Made by a program: the position numbers and the translations under genes
NCBI GenBank assembly: GCA_965205975.1
Contig: OZ242195.1
Coordinates: forward strand, 288,001-352,000
Length of the DNA: 64,000 bases
DNA from: Candidatus Latescibacterota bacterium
GTDB lineage: Bacteria; Latescibacterota; UBA2968
Direction of reading: 5' to 3'
Notes under the pieces: generated by a model
Seen by the model: the letters and a program-made list of their open reading frames with translations, nothing else
Told to the model about the DNA's origin: nothing
Database searches by the model: none
In this document: positions 36,901-47,029 of the stretch, in pieces
Numbering within the stretch: the first letter of the stretch is position 1
Layout of the letters: every line of letters begins with the position of its first letter

Positions 36901-38382
36901 TTAGTGCGTTTGTGAAAGGTACCTGGACGGGACAAGTGGATCGTCGCTGTCGTATAATACCCAGGTGTCTTTGCTTCCCCCACCTTGTGAAGAGTTGACC
37001 ACCAGAGATCCTTTTTTAAGGGCCACGCGCGTCAGCCCGCCGGGCAAGACATAAGTATCTTCGCCATTGTAGAGGATATAGGGCCGCAAATCGACATGGC
37101 GGCCTTCAAAGTGGTCTTCTACCAGAATAGGGCTTCGCGAGAGTGCAATGGTGGGTTGTGCAATATAATTGCGTGGGTTTTGGGTGATGCGGTTGGCAAA
37201 GTCTTCGCGTTCGGCTCGTGTGGCATGCACGCCAATGAGCATGCCATATCCGCCCGACTCATTGGCGGCTTTGACCACAAGGGTGTCCAGGTTTTCGAGT
37301 ACATGCTGGCGCTGCTTGTCGTCCCAACAAACATAAGTGGGCACATTGGGCAGCAGGATGTCTTCGTTGAGATAATATTTGATGATCTGCGGCACATAAG
37401 CATATACGACCTTGTCGTCGGCAACACCTGTGCCGGGCGCATTCGCAATGGCGACCTGACCATTTTTATAGACCTCCATGAGTCCGGGTACTCCCAACAT
37501 AGAATCGGGGCGAAAGACTTTTGGGTCGAGAAATTCGGCATCAATGCGCCGATAAATAACGTCAATGCGCTGGAATCCACGGGTCGTTCGCATCGCCACA
37601 GTACCATCGGCAACGACGAGGTCTCGGCCTTCGACCAATTCGATACCCATTTGTTGGGCGAGAAAGGCATGTTCAAAATAGGCCGAGTTGTAGATGCCGG
37701 GTGTGAGTAAAACGACAGTTGGCGATGTGACATGGGCAGGAGATAGAGAACGCAATGTGTTGAGCAATTGAGCGGGATATTCATCGACGTGTCGCACATG
37801 AGAAGCTTCAAATACTTCCGGAAATATGCGTTTGAGAACCTCGCGATTTTCAAGCACGTAAGACACGCCCGAAGGACATCGCATATTGTCTTCGAGAATG
37901 TAAAACTGGCCGTCTTTATCGCGCACGAGATCAATGCCGGAAATATGACACCACACATCTTTGGGCGGCGAAAGGTCCATACAGGGTTTTAGAAATTCTT
38001 TAGCTGTGTCGATGGCGTAGCGGGGTATGATGCCGTCTTTGAGGATTTTTTGATCGGTGTAGATGTCGCAGATAAAGAGGTTGAGGGCCTGAATGCGTTG
38101 CACGAGGCCCTTTTCGATGTAGGTCCAATCGGTATGAGAAACGATGCGGGGAATGATGTCGAAGGGAAAAATTTTTTCAACGCCAGCTTCGTGGCCATAC
38201 ACGTTAAACGTGATGCCCATGTTCATCAAGGCCAGTTCGGCGGCTTGATGGCGTTTTTGGAGTTCGTCTTTGGAGAGTTCACCGAGTTTTTCGAGGAGCA
38301 AGCGTGCGCCGGGATGGGGCGTGTTCGGAGATTCAAAGAGTTCGTCGTAAAATCCGCCGAGTTCATAAGATGAAAAATCCAT
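36901..38382 (-). CDS. Circularly permuted ATP-grasp type 2 peptide ligase (DUF404/DUF407)
   Basis: [55 protein letters not shown]. Confidence 0.93.
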   Translation of the reverse strand: MDFSSYELGGFYDELFESPNTPHPGARLLLEKLGELSKDELQKRHQAAELALMNMGITFNVYGHEAGVEKIFPFDIIPRIVSHTDWTYIEKGLVQRIQALNLFICDIYTDQKILKDGIIPRYAIDTAKEFLKPCMDLSPPKDVWCHISGIDLVRDKDGQFYILEDNMRCPSGVSYVLENREVLKRIFPEVFEASHVRHVDEYPAQLLNTLRSLSPAHVTSPTVVLLTPGIYNSAYFEHAFLAQQMGIELVEGRDLVVADGTVAMRTTRGFQRIDVIYRRIDAEFLDPKVFRPDSMLGVPGLMEVYKNGQVAIANAPGTGVADDKVVYAYVPQIIKYYLNEDILLPNVPTYVCWDDKQRQHVLENLDTLVVKAANESGGYGMLIGVHATRAEREDFANRITQNPRNYIAQPTIALSRSPILVEDHFEGRHVDLRPYILYNGEDTYVLPGGLTRVALKKGSLVVNSSQGGGSKDTWVLYDSDDPLVPSRYLSQTH

Positions 38383-38431
38383 GTATTCACCATAAAAAAA
38401 AGAATGACTTATGTGATGTAGCGACGAAAAA

Positions 38432-38460
38432 ATAATAAAGCTATGGAGAGCACCTGTCAA
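38432..38460 (-). promoter_or_regulatory. Putative sigma70 promoter of the ATP-grasp operon
   Basis: TTGACA-17 nt-TATTAT. Confidence 0.6.
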
Positions 38461-38523
38461 TTGTTTTTGGGTGAAATGCGGGAGGTGTCTGCAGATGGAT
38501 TGTCACATCTCACCACCATCGCA

Positions 38524-38552
38524 TTGACCACGTACTGCAATTGCAGTATATT
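38524..38552 (+). promoter_or_regulatory. Sigma70-like promoter with a 16-bp palindromic operator in the spacer
   Basis: TTGACC-17 nt-TATATT; perfect palindrome TACTGCAATTGCAGTA at 38533-38548. Confidence 0.65.
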
Positions 38553-38596
38553 TTCTACTACTTTTCTTTTACTTTAGGCTATTATTTTGAGGAGGT

Positions 38597-40450
38597 ATGG
38601 TTATGGCTATCGCTACTCAAAGTTTCCAGGATCGACTCATGGACGGGGATATGACCCTGGATGTTTCTCCGGAGGTGGATCCGGGTAATCTGGTGTATCA
38701 CAAATTGTGCTCTGCTGATGATTTTGCAGAAGGCGAAGGGAAGCCGTTTACAGTGGAGGGCACCCACATCGCCGTTTTCCGCTACGAAGGGGAGTTCAAT
38801 GCGGTAGATAACCGCTGTCCGCACATGGGATATCCGATGTCCGAGGGCAGTGTTCGGGACGGGGTCCTGATCTGTCACTGGCACCACTGGGAGTTCGACC
38901 TTAAGACGGGCGGCTGTTTCATAACCTCCGGAGCCGGAAATGATCTGAAGAGCTTTCCCGTGGAGGTGCGAGACGACGGGTGTCTGTACGTGGGACTTGC
39001 GCCGGGCGAAAAAGAGGCGGCCAGACGCCGGCGGATTGACCGGGGGAAGTATATTCTTGAGCAGGGTCTGAAAGATCGGAGCTCGCTCCTGATTGCCAAG
39101 GCGATTACCGCGCTAAGGGCTGCGGGCGCCACGCCGCAGGAGATGATCCAGCAGGGACTTTTTTACGGAGCATATAAATCGAATGAGGGGTGGTCATCGG
39201 GGGTGGCTATTTTGACGCTGGCTGCAAATATGTGGGAAGATGTTGATGAGAGGGACCACAATCTTTTCCTGGTCCACGGGCTGACACAGATTTCCAGACG
39301 CACATCAGGAGGCTCGCGGCGACAGGGTTTCCCTTTGCCCAAAACATCGGACGAACCGGACCTGGAGACCCTCAAACGCTGGTTTCGGCGGCTGGTAGAT
39401 CAGCGCAGCAGCAGCGCAGCACAGCGTATTCTGATGACCATGTACGACCGTGGATATTCACCGGAAGAGATTGCGGATATCGTTTTTACCACGGCGACGG
39501 ATTTCTATTTTACCGGGGACGGTCACGCGCTCGATTTCGCGAATAAGATGTTCGAGGCCTTAGATTATGTAGATTGGGAAGGGGCCAATGAGATTTTGAG
39601 ACCGATTGTGGTAGATTTAGTGGGCAGGGAACGACATGAGGAGACCGCTCGGTGGGAAGACAGCGTGCCGGTCCTGGAAGATATTTTCACTCGTCTGGAC
39701 GAGATGTGGGAAGCGAACCAGGAGAACGAGGCACCGCTGGATATTTCTGCTTTTACGCAGACGCTGCTGGGGGAGGAGTTCGAGCCGATTGTCGCCGAGA
39801 TTGAAGACAAACTGCGCGAGGGTGTGAAGCCCACGGATATCTGCCGGGCGATGACCTATGCCGGGGCCATCCGCACGGCGCGGTTCCACCTCAAGAATGA
39901 GGGAGACTGGCACGATGTGGCGAATATTTACTCTTATGCCCATGCCCTCTATCGCGCTTTCCATCTGGCACCGAGCAAAGAGCTTTTGCGCGGCATTTTC
40001 CACGGCGCTGTGTTTATGACCTATTTGCGCTGGCTCAACATGCCAGCGGCCCGCCTGCCCAGGGAAGGACAGCGGCTGGACGAGACGTTCGCGTCTGAGG
40101 ACAAGATGTTGGACCGGCTACAGGAGTTTGCGGATTTCCAGAAGGTCTTCGAGGCTGAGGTCCTGGTAAGCCAGTACCTGGAGGAAGGATACGATATCGC
40201 GAAGCTCAGGCATACTTTGGCCCATATTATGCTGCGCGAGGATGCGGAGTTGCACATGTTCCAGGTGCTGGAGGTGGCGTTCCGGCACTACGACCTGTCG
40301 GACGATCCGAAGGAGAAGCGTATGCACCTGCTGGCGGCGACCCGGTATATTACCGCCCAGAAGGTGATGAAGGGAATTCTGTGGTCCACGGAGAACGCGG
40401 AGCGGCTGCAGCGCGGGGAACTGCTAAGCGAGCGGGATGATGATAATTAG
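38597..40450 (+). CDS. Rieske [2Fe-2S] domain protein with a long helical C-terminal region
   Basis: GGAGG RBS; NRCPHMG...ICHWHHWEFDL (CxH..CxxH). Confidence 0.85.
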   Translation: MVMAIATQSFQDRLMDGDMTLDVSPEVDPGNLVYHKLCSADDFAEGEGKPFTVEGTHIAVFRYEGEFNAVDNRCPHMGYPMSEGSVRDGVLICHWHHWEFDLKTGGCFITSGAGNDLKSFPVEVRDDGCLYVGLAPGEKEAARRRRIDRGKYILEQGLKDRSSLLIAKAITALRAAGATPQEMIQQGLFYGAYKSNEGWSSGVAILTLAANMWEDVDERDHNLFLVHGLTQISRRTSGGSRRQGFPLPKTSDEPDLETLKRWFRRLVDQRSSSAAQRILMTMYDRGYSPEEIADIVFTTATDFYFTGDGHALDFANKMFEALDYVDWEGANEILRPIVVDLVGRERHEETARWEDSVPVLEDIFTRLDEMWEANQENEAPLDISAFTQTLLGEEFEPIVAEIEDKLREGVKPTDICRAMTYAGAIRTARFHLKNEGDWHDVANIYSYAHALYRAFHLAPSKELLRGIFHGAVFMTYLRWLNMPAARLPREGQRLDETFASEDKMLDRLQEFADFQKVFEAEVLVSQYLEEGYDIAKLRHTLAHIMLREDAELHMFQVLEVAFRHYDLSDDPKEKRMHLLAATRYITAQKVMKGILWSTENAERLQRGELLSERDDDN

Positions 40451-40484
40451 GCCAAGGGGCAAGGTGAAGGCATAGGGCTGAACA

Positions 40485-40519
40485 GGCAGTAGCAGGCAAC
40501 ATCCTGCTACTGCTTTTTT
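40485..40519 (+). terminator. Rho-independent terminator
   Basis: GCAGTAGCAGG-CAACAT-CCTGCTACTGC followed by T6. Confidence 0.85.
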
Positions 40520-40531
40520 GTGTGCCACTCA

Positions 40532-41530
40532 CTATCTGATCGATAGAAATTTTCCACCTTTTCTCGCCGATTCTTCGGCTGTAATACAGGCATTGGCAAC
40601 GGCGAGGGTATCGTCTGTTGAGATCGAGTTTTCTTCGTCGCGCGAGAGTGCATCGATCATATTTTCAACAAATGTGTGATTAGTTGAGGGAGGGAGTTTG
40701 GGTTCGTAAGTGCCCGATTTGTTGGAGACAATGAGTACGTGGTCGTCGGCGTAGGCGCGTAAGTGTGCCGAGCCTTCGGTGCCCATGATAATGAATCGCG
40801 TGTCGCCAAAAGACCGCGCATCGTTTGGGGTGAGCCAATCGGCAGTGGCGGTGGCAAGTGCGCCATTGTCGAGTTGAAACGAAGCCTGGACGTGATCGAA
40901 TGTGAGACCCGTGTTGATGTGTTTTTTGAGTGTGCCGAGCGCGTGAACACCCGTGTATTCTGCGCCGGTGAGCCAGCGAATTTGATCCACGCCGTGGCCT
41001 GCTAAATCGTGGAATGTACCCACATATTTGTCAGCATCGAAGTAGAGTGCAGGGGGATTTGCGCCGAGTTTGTGCGGATGGGTGGTGATGAGGCTTATGA
41101 GGTCACCCAAATCGCCATTTTGAATCGCCTGTCTCAATGCGATAAATGCACCATAACGGCGGGAAGTGAAAAAGGTGGAGAGTTTGATGTTGTTCTTTGT
41201 TATAGCCGTTTTGATGCGTTGTAATTCTTCCCGCGTTCGGCAGAGCGGTTTGTCGAGTAGTATGTGGACGCTGGCTGCGGCACATGTTTCGATGACAGGC
41301 GTTTTTTCGTGATGTTCGAGACCCTCAATTACCAGATCGGGTTTTGCTTTTTCAAGCATCTGCTCAAGTGTGGCAAAGCGGGTGATATTGTGGTCTGCGG
41401 TATATTTTTTGCAAAGCGCGTCATCGGATTCTACAATGCCGACGATTTCACCGTTTGGCGCGTTGACCGCCGAGTGAAGCATACCGCTTATATGTCCGTA
41501 GTGCATGCCCATAATACCGATTTTCATCAT
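40532..41530 (-). CDS. Gfo/Idh/MocA-family oxidoreductase
   Basis: KIGIMG, HILLDKPL, DLAGHGVDQIRWL, IMGTEG. Confidence 0.88.
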   Translation of the reverse strand: MMKIGIMGMHYGHISGMLHSAVNAPNGEIVGIVESDDALCKKYTADHNITRFATLEQMLEKAKPDLVIEGLEHHEKTPVIETCAAASVHILLDKPLCRTREELQRIKTAITKNNIKLSTFFTSRRYGAFIALRQAIQNGDLGDLISLITTHPHKLGANPPALYFDADKYVGTFHDLAGHGVDQIRWLTGAEYTGVHALGTLKKHINTGLTFDHVQASFQLDNGALATATADWLTPNDARSFGDTRFIIMGTEGSAHLRAYADDHVLIVSNKSGTYEPKLPPSTNHTFVENMIDALSRDEENSISTDDTLAVANACITAEESARKGGKFLSIR

Positions 41531-41540
41531 AGCGTCCTTC

Positions 41541-42317
41541 CTACGATCGCCACCTGCGCGATTCGAGCACCGTATGTGTTAAAAAGAGGAAAAAAGTCGC
41601 AGCACTAATAAAAAATACCACGTCGTGCGTATCGACAACACCGTGAATCATGTCTCGGGTGTGTTCTATGAGGGAGAGAAATTTTAAAATAACAAAAAAT
41701 ATGTCGCTGGCAAACCGCGCTGCCCAGTCGATAATCCACAATAGAATTAAAAAGAAAAAAGACAACACAGCCGCGATAATCTGATTTTCGGTCAAAGATG
41801 ACGCCAAAATACCCACGCTGATAAATGTGGCGCCAATCAGCACCACAGCCAGCGCACCGGAAAAAATGGGGCCCCAGTCCAATTGCGCGTGCATAGACAA
41901 CACGCCAATATAGCCAAAGGCCATTGCTTCGATTAGCAAATACAATACATAACAAGCGAGAAATTTTCCTATCAAAATTTGTGCTGAAGTAATCGGCGAG
42001 GTCATCAACAACTCATACGTGCCCCCGCGTTTTTCCTCGGCGTAAAGACGCATCGTGAGCATTGGAATTACAATCATCCAGATAAAAGTCTGAAATTCAA
42101 AGAATGGCGTGACGACTTCTGTATTGACGTTTAGCAGGATTTTTTCCTCGCGTTCTGCCAATTTCAGATATACGGCCATATCGTGAAATTCGAGCAACTG
42201 GTTGCGAAAAACAAAGCCGCTAAATAGCAAAAACACACCGGCCATCACATAAGCGATTGGCGAGCCAAAATACGACCGCATCTCTTTGCCAAAAATCGCC
42301 ATTACATTGCCCATCAC
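41541..42317 (-). CDS. ABC-2 transporter permease (GldF-like)
   Basis: KEMRSYFGSPIAY, TMRLYAEEKRGGTYELLMTSP, GKFLA, SSLTENQIIA. Confidence 0.88.
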   Translation of the reverse strand: MMGNVMAIFGKEMRSYFGSPIAYVMAGVFLLFSGFVFRNQLLEFHDMAVYLKLAEREEKILLNVNTEVVTPFFEFQTFIWMIVIPMLTMRLYAEEKRGGTYELLMTSPITSAQILIGKFLACYVLYLLIEAMAFGYIGVLSMHAQLDWGPIFSGALAVVLIGATFISVGILASSLTENQIIAAVLSFFFLILLWIIDWAARFASDIFFVILKFLSLIEHTRDMIHGVVDTHDVVFFISAATFFLFLTHTVLESRRWRS

Positions 42318-43240
42318 ACCTCCTCCTCGTGCATGGTCAGCGCGTGAAAAATTTCTTCCAAAGACATGGCGTCACGCTTCATTTCCACCAGTCCCATGCC
42401 CAATTCGACAATGCGAGCCGATACTGCGGCACTCAAATCCGCTTCAGCCGGCCAATGGACATGCAGCCCATTGTTCAGGTGCGTCACGTCGCTAATCCCT
42501 TCAATAGTGGCAATGGCTTTGGCTGCAATATCTACATCGCCCGATATCCGCACAAAAAATCGCGTTGTGTCGCGCGTATGAGCCGTGAGATTTTCAGGGG
42601 TATCAACAGCGACAATTTTGCCTTCGTGAATAATGATCACGCGATTGCAGGTCATTTCAACTTCGGGCAAAATATGCGTGCTCAAAATTACCGTACGTTC
42701 CTGGGCAAGTTCGCGGATCAATTGTCGCACCTCGATGATCTGATTGGGATCGAGACCCGAAGTCGGCTCGTCCATGATGATTACTTCAGGATCGTGCAAT
42801 ATCGCCTGTGCAAGTCCTACCCGTTGTCGATATCCTTTGGATAAATGACCGATGAGTTGCTCGGTGCGATCCACAAGCCCGCATTGGGCAATAGCTTCAT
42901 CAATTCGCTGTCTGGATTCTTTTGGCGCAACGCCCTTGATTTTAGCGATAAACTCCAGATATGTACGCACGCGCATATCGCGATACAGGGGAGGCAATTC
43001 GGGCAAATACCCAATGCGTTTTTTGACTTCCAATGGATTGTCAAAGATGTCGTAGCCGGCAATGCGCGCTGTGCCTTCTGTGGCGGGTAAAAAACAGGTG
43101 AGCACGCGCATGGCCGTGGTTTTGCCCGCGCCATTTGGACCCAAAAAACCGACAATTTCGCCTTTACCTACCTGAAACGAAATGTCGTCAACAGCCGTAA
43201 ATGCGCCGTATCGCTTTGTCAGGCGATCAACTTCTATCAC
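42314..43240 (-). CDS. ABC transporter ATP-binding protein (GldA-like)
   Basis: GPNGAGKTT, LSKGYRQR, IMDEPTSGLDP, LSTH. Confidence 0.92.
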   Translation of the reverse strand: MIEVDRLTKRYGAFTAVDDISFQVGKGEIVGFLGPNGAGKTTAMRVLTCFLPATEGTARIAGYDIFDNPLEVKKRIGYLPELPPLYRDMRVRTYLEFIAKIKGVAPKESRQRIDEAIAQCGLVDRTEQLIGHLSKGYRQRVGLAQAILHDPEVIIMDEPTSGLDPNQIIEVRQLIRELAQERTVILSTHILPEVEMTCNRVIIIHEGKIVAVDTPENLTAHTRDTTRFFVRISGDVDIAAKAIATIEGISDVTHLNNGLHVHWPAEADLSAAVSARIVELGMGLVEMKRDAMSLEEIFHALTMHEEEV

Positions 43241-43250
43241 GTTTTGCTCC

Positions 43251-44147
43251 TTATCCTTTAATTTTTTTTGCCCGCATCCTGAAAAATTGCATCAACGGTT
43301 CGTGATACGCTCCTTGAGTCGAAATATTCACGGCGTCTAAGCCCATACGTCGAAATAACGCTTCACGGTCATCGCGCTCTTTTTTTGTCAGCTTTTGGAA
43401 TGCCTCGCGCACTGCTGCATCGCCAAAATCGACCATTATACCTTCGCCCGTCTCAGCATCTTCCAACTCCACAATGCCAATTGCAGGCAGATCGTACTCC
43501 CGAGGATCTTCCAGTGCTATCGCTACCAGATCATGGCGCTGATTGGCAACGCGCAATGCTTTCTCATAGTCAGAAGCGAAAAAATCCGATACCAGAAACA
43601 CGACACTGCGCCGATAGGTCACGCGATTTAAATATTCCAATGCCGTATCGATATTTGTACTGCGTCCTGAGGGCTGAAAATACAACAACTCTCGAATTAC
43701 GCGCAGCACATGCTTTTTGCCCTTTTTGGGGGGAATAAACAGCTCAACTTCGCCGGTAAAAATGATCAGTCCCACGCGATCGTTGTTCTGAATTGCGGAA
43801 AAGGCGAGCAAAGCACAAATTTCAGCACCTATCTCGCCTTTCATTTGCGCCACCGTTCCAAAGTCACCCGACGCACTCGCATCCACCATCAATATCACGG
43901 TGAGTTCGCGCTCCTCATCGAACACTTTGACAAAGGGATCTCCCATACGCGCTGTCACATTCCAGTCAATTGTGCGAACATCATCGCCGGGCTGATATTC
44001 TCGCACTTCCGCAAACGCCATGCCCCTGCCTTTAAATACCGAATGGTATTCGCCGGCAAATATTGTATTTACCAGATTGCGCGTGCGCAACTCAATGCGT
44101 TTCACTTTTTTTAAAATTTCAGTTGGAATCATGGGAAAAATTATCAC
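43251..44147 (-). CDS. DUF58 (vWA-like) protein, MoxR partner
   Basis: GRGMAFAEVREYQPGDDVRTIDWNVTAR, DASAS, VSDF. Confidence 0.92.
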   Translation of the reverse strand: MIIFPMIPTEILKKVKRIELRTRNLVNTIFAGEYHSVFKGRGMAFAEVREYQPGDDVRTIDWNVTARMGDPFVKVFDEERELTVILMVDASASGDFGTVAQMKGEIGAEICALLAFSAIQNNDRVGLIIFTGEVELFIPPKKGKKHVLRVIRELLYFQPSGRSTNIDTALEYLNRVTYRRSVVFLVSDFFASDYEKALRVANQRHDLVAIALEDPREYDLPAIGIVELEDAETGEGIMVDFGDAAVREAFQKLTKKERDDREALFRRMGLDAVNISTQGAYHEPLMQFFRMRAKKIKG

Positions 44148-45139
44148 GGCACTTCAACGTGATCGAATATTTGGCGTGCGATTTCTTCGGAGTTAATTTC
44201 CTCGGCTTCTGCCTCGTATGTCACCAGTACGCGATGGCGCAATACGTCCATGCCAATGGCTTTCACATCTTCGGGAGTAACATAGCCGCGGTGGCGCAAA
44301 AACGCATGCGCTTTGGCAGCGCGGGTCAGGGCGATAGACGCGCGTGGAGATCCGCCAAATTCGATTAGAGCGCGTAAATCACCCAAACCGTAAGCCTCTG
44401 GATCGCGGGTTGCCAACACGAGATCGACGATATAATCTTTGATTTTATCATCCACGTAAATCTCGTCGACCACACTCCGCGCGCGAATGAGATCGTCAGT
44501 TGTTATGACTGTCCCAATTTTGGGGGGTGCATTGCGGCTCATGCGATCGACAATGGCGCGTTCTTCCTGTTTATTGGGATATGTTACCCGCACTTTCAGC
44601 ATAAAGCGATCGACCTGTGCCTCGGGTAGTGGATAGGTCCCTTCTTGTTCGATGGGATTTTGCGTGGCCAGCACCAAAAAGGGATCGGGCATGGCAAATG
44701 TTTCGTTTCCAATGGTAACTTGGCGCTCTTGCATAGCTTCGAGCATGGCACTTTGCACTTTTGACGGTGCGCGATTGACTTCATCGGCGAGTACGAGTTG
44801 GGCAAAAATAGGCCCTTTTTGAGCCATAAATTCGCCCGTCTCCCGGTGATAGACCATTGTGCCAATCAGGTCTGCGGGCAACAAATCGGGTGTAAACTGA
44901 ATGCGTTTAAAAGATGCTTGAATCGCCTGAGCCAATGAATTGACGGCTAATGTCTTAGCAAGACCGGGAACGCCTTCGAGCAGGACATGGCCGTTGCACA
45001 ATAGGCCGATTAGCAATCGCTCAATCATGTCCTGCTGTCCGACAATGACCTTGCCCACCTCGGACAATAATCGATCGACAAACGCGCTTTCGCGCCCAAC
45101 CCGTTCATTGATTAATTGAATATCTTGTCCAACTGTCAT
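44144..45139 (-). CDS. moxR: MoxR-family AAA+ ATPase
   Basis: EGVPGLAKT, RIQFTPDLLPAD, DEVNRA, ATQNPIEQEGTYPLPEAQVDRF, SPRA. Confidence 0.95.
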   Translation of the reverse strand: MTVGQDIQLINERVGRESAFVDRLLSEVGKVIVGQQDMIERLLIGLLCNGHVLLEGVPGLAKTLAVNSLAQAIQASFKRIQFTPDLLPADLIGTMVYHRETGEFMAQKGPIFAQLVLADEVNRAPSKVQSAMLEAMQERQVTIGNETFAMPDPFLVLATQNPIEQEGTYPLPEAQVDRFMLKVRVTYPNKQEERAIVDRMSRNAPPKIGTVITTDDLIRARSVVDEIYVDDKIKDYIVDLVLATRDPEAYGLGDLRALIEFGGSPRASIALTRAAKAHAFLRHRGYVTPEDVKAIGMDVLRHRVLVTYEAEAEEINSEEIARQIFDHVEVP

Positions 45140-45143
45140 TGCA

Positions 45144-45626
45144 TCACTCTCGACTTATTGGTTTGGTACGCAACCACTGATCGGGCACTTTGCCCAAATT
45201 TTCGATTGAAAATTTGGCATCATCCACTAACTCAGAGTTTGGATAGGTATCAATCACCTGTTGATAGGCTACTCGCGCTTGTTCGTAATCGCCGAGTTGG
45301 TCGTGGATATAGCCAATCATAAACTGTGCCTGTACACAATATCGGCTCTGCGGAAATCGCGCGATCAGGATTTCGTATCGCGCAATGGCTTCTTTGTGCT
45401 TTTGTTGATTCAGTAATACCCTCGCCAGAGCCTGTAGTGCCACCTCAGCCCGAGGATCGTCGGGAAAACGCGTCAGAAATTCCGCCAATTTGACTTCGGC
45501 CACGGGATACGACGCCATATCGTGCGTGGCCTGTTCGCCCTCTCGAAAGAGTAAATCCGCAGATTGTTCTTGTGCCCCACAGGCGACAAAAAGTGGCAGA
45601 AAGAATAAGAATCGAAATCTGTGCAT
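45144..45626 (-). CDS. TPR lipoprotein (BamD/CpoB-like)
   Basis: Lipobox FVA|C; repeats ending in FPDDP, FPQS, YPNS. Confidence 0.75.
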   Translation of the reverse strand: MHRFRFLFFLPLFVACGAQEQSADLLFREGEQATHDMASYPVAEVKLAEFLTRFPDDPRAEVALQALARVLLNQQKHKEAIARYEILIARFPQSRYCVQAQFMIGYIHDQLGDYEQARVAYQQVIDTYPNSELVDDAKFSIENLGKVPDQWLRTKPISRE

Positions 45627-45713
45627 CTTTGCCGACCTCCTTTGCTTATTTATACTTTTTCAAAAACGTTTTTGTCCAACTCGAGTTCCGTTTTTTCTTT
45701 TCAGACAGTGCAA

Positions 45714-47003
45714 TTAGATTAGACGGTGTATATTAAAAGAACGTCCTATTTTCGTCAAGATTTCTGTGCGTTTGAAAAGCAAAGACGAGAGGCCTACCAG
45801 TATCAATCCACCGTATTCCACCCATTGGACCCATGCGGCTTCTTCCCATACGCCACGAGCCTGGTATTGAATCAAAATATGATAGGATAAGACTACCAGG
45901 AGTGAGAAAGCGATCCAGGGCGGATGCCGATAAAAAACGAGAAATGGGATTAACCACAAGACATACCATGGATGGAGCGTGGGGGTGAGTAGAACAAAGG
46001 TCGCCGCAGTCAGATATGCACCGTGCAACAGGGGGACGCGCTTCCAGATCAGCAACAGTACAACACTTGAAAAGAGCAAGGCAATGATACCGCGTGCAAT
46101 TTGTCCATCGCCGCAAAGCAGAATGAGTACATCAAATACCGCGCTGTTAAATGACCAGTGCTGTACATAAGTCTCCAGGCTACCCAAAACAGGCGCGCCG
46201 GTCCACGCATAGGGCAAATAGCCCAGAAACGCGACACAGGGTGCCATGAGCAGAGCGGGCCAATTGGTTGGCAGCCACCCTTTCCAACGCACGAGATTCG
46301 GCAAAAAAACAAGGGGGAAGAACTTCACCAGAACAGCCCCGCCCAGCGCACTTAGTGCGATGTAATCTCGCCCTTTTAAGAACAAGTAAAATGCAGCCAA
46401 TAAAGCGACAATGCCCAGTGATTCTATATGTCCATTTCCAGCAATTTCTACTACGACCAGCGGATGCCAGAAGTAAATCAAAACCCATTGCGTCCGCTGC
46501 TCAAAATGCCTGAGCAAACAGACTATAAGCCATCCCGAAATTAGATCGGCACAGACGAGTAGCACTTTGATACCCAGTATGCCACCCGAAATGCCGTACC
46601 CCACCCAGAATGCTATTTGGGCGATGGGCGGATAAATGGTCGGCAATTCGGGGTGGTTAATTTTAGAGAAAATGTGCGCGTCTCGTACAGGTGCCAGTTC
46701 TTGTGCCGCAGGCGCAAACTGGTAGGGATTGATGCCCGCCCACTGTACGCGTCCATCCCATACATAGCGATAAATATCATCTGACAGCGCGGGGATGGAA
46801 AACAAAAGGCTAAGCCGAAATACAGCCGCAGCGATTACAATAGCTGTCAATGGCACATATTCACAATGCCAGACTGCAATGAGATAGGCCACAGATGCAA
46901 TGCCAAAAAGCACAAAAAAAACCGGCAGGCCCAATGCCGGCATCGCAGCAAAACTGCTCGTCATGACCAACCCCATTAAAAGGGGCACGATCCATCGCTG
47001 CAT
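45714..47003 (-). CDS. GT-C fold membrane glycosyltransferase (GT87/DUF2029-like)
   Basis: LSDDIYRYVWDG, NPYQFAP, TIYPP, GNGHIE, HPWY; many TM helices. Confidence 0.8.
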   Translation of the reverse strand: MQRWIVPLLMGLVMTSSFAAMPALGLPVFFVLFGIASVAYLIAVWHCEYVPLTAIVIAAAVFRLSLLFSIPALSDDIYRYVWDGRVQWAGINPYQFAPAAQELAPVRDAHIFSKINHPELPTIYPPIAQIAFWVGYGISGGILGIKVLLVCADLISGWLIVCLLRHFEQRTQWVLIYFWHPLVVVEIAGNGHIESLGIVALLAAFYLFLKGRDYIALSALGGAVLVKFFPLVFLPNLVRWKGWLPTNWPALLMAPCVAFLGYLPYAWTGAPVLGSLETYVQHWSFNSAVFDVLILLCGDGQIARGIIALLFSSVVLLLIWKRVPLLHGAYLTAATFVLLTPTLHPWYVLWLIPFLVFYRHPPWIAFSLLVVLSYHILIQYQARGVWEEAAWVQWVEYGGLILVGLSSLLFKRTEILTKIGRSFNIHRLI

Positions 47004-47029
47004 AAATATCTCTTAGCGCAATATGCCCA

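Noticed and set aside
41541..43240. Gliding motility genes gldA/gldF
   Set aside because: Family resemblance only. gldG and other gld/spr genes are absent from the window, so symbols were not assigned.
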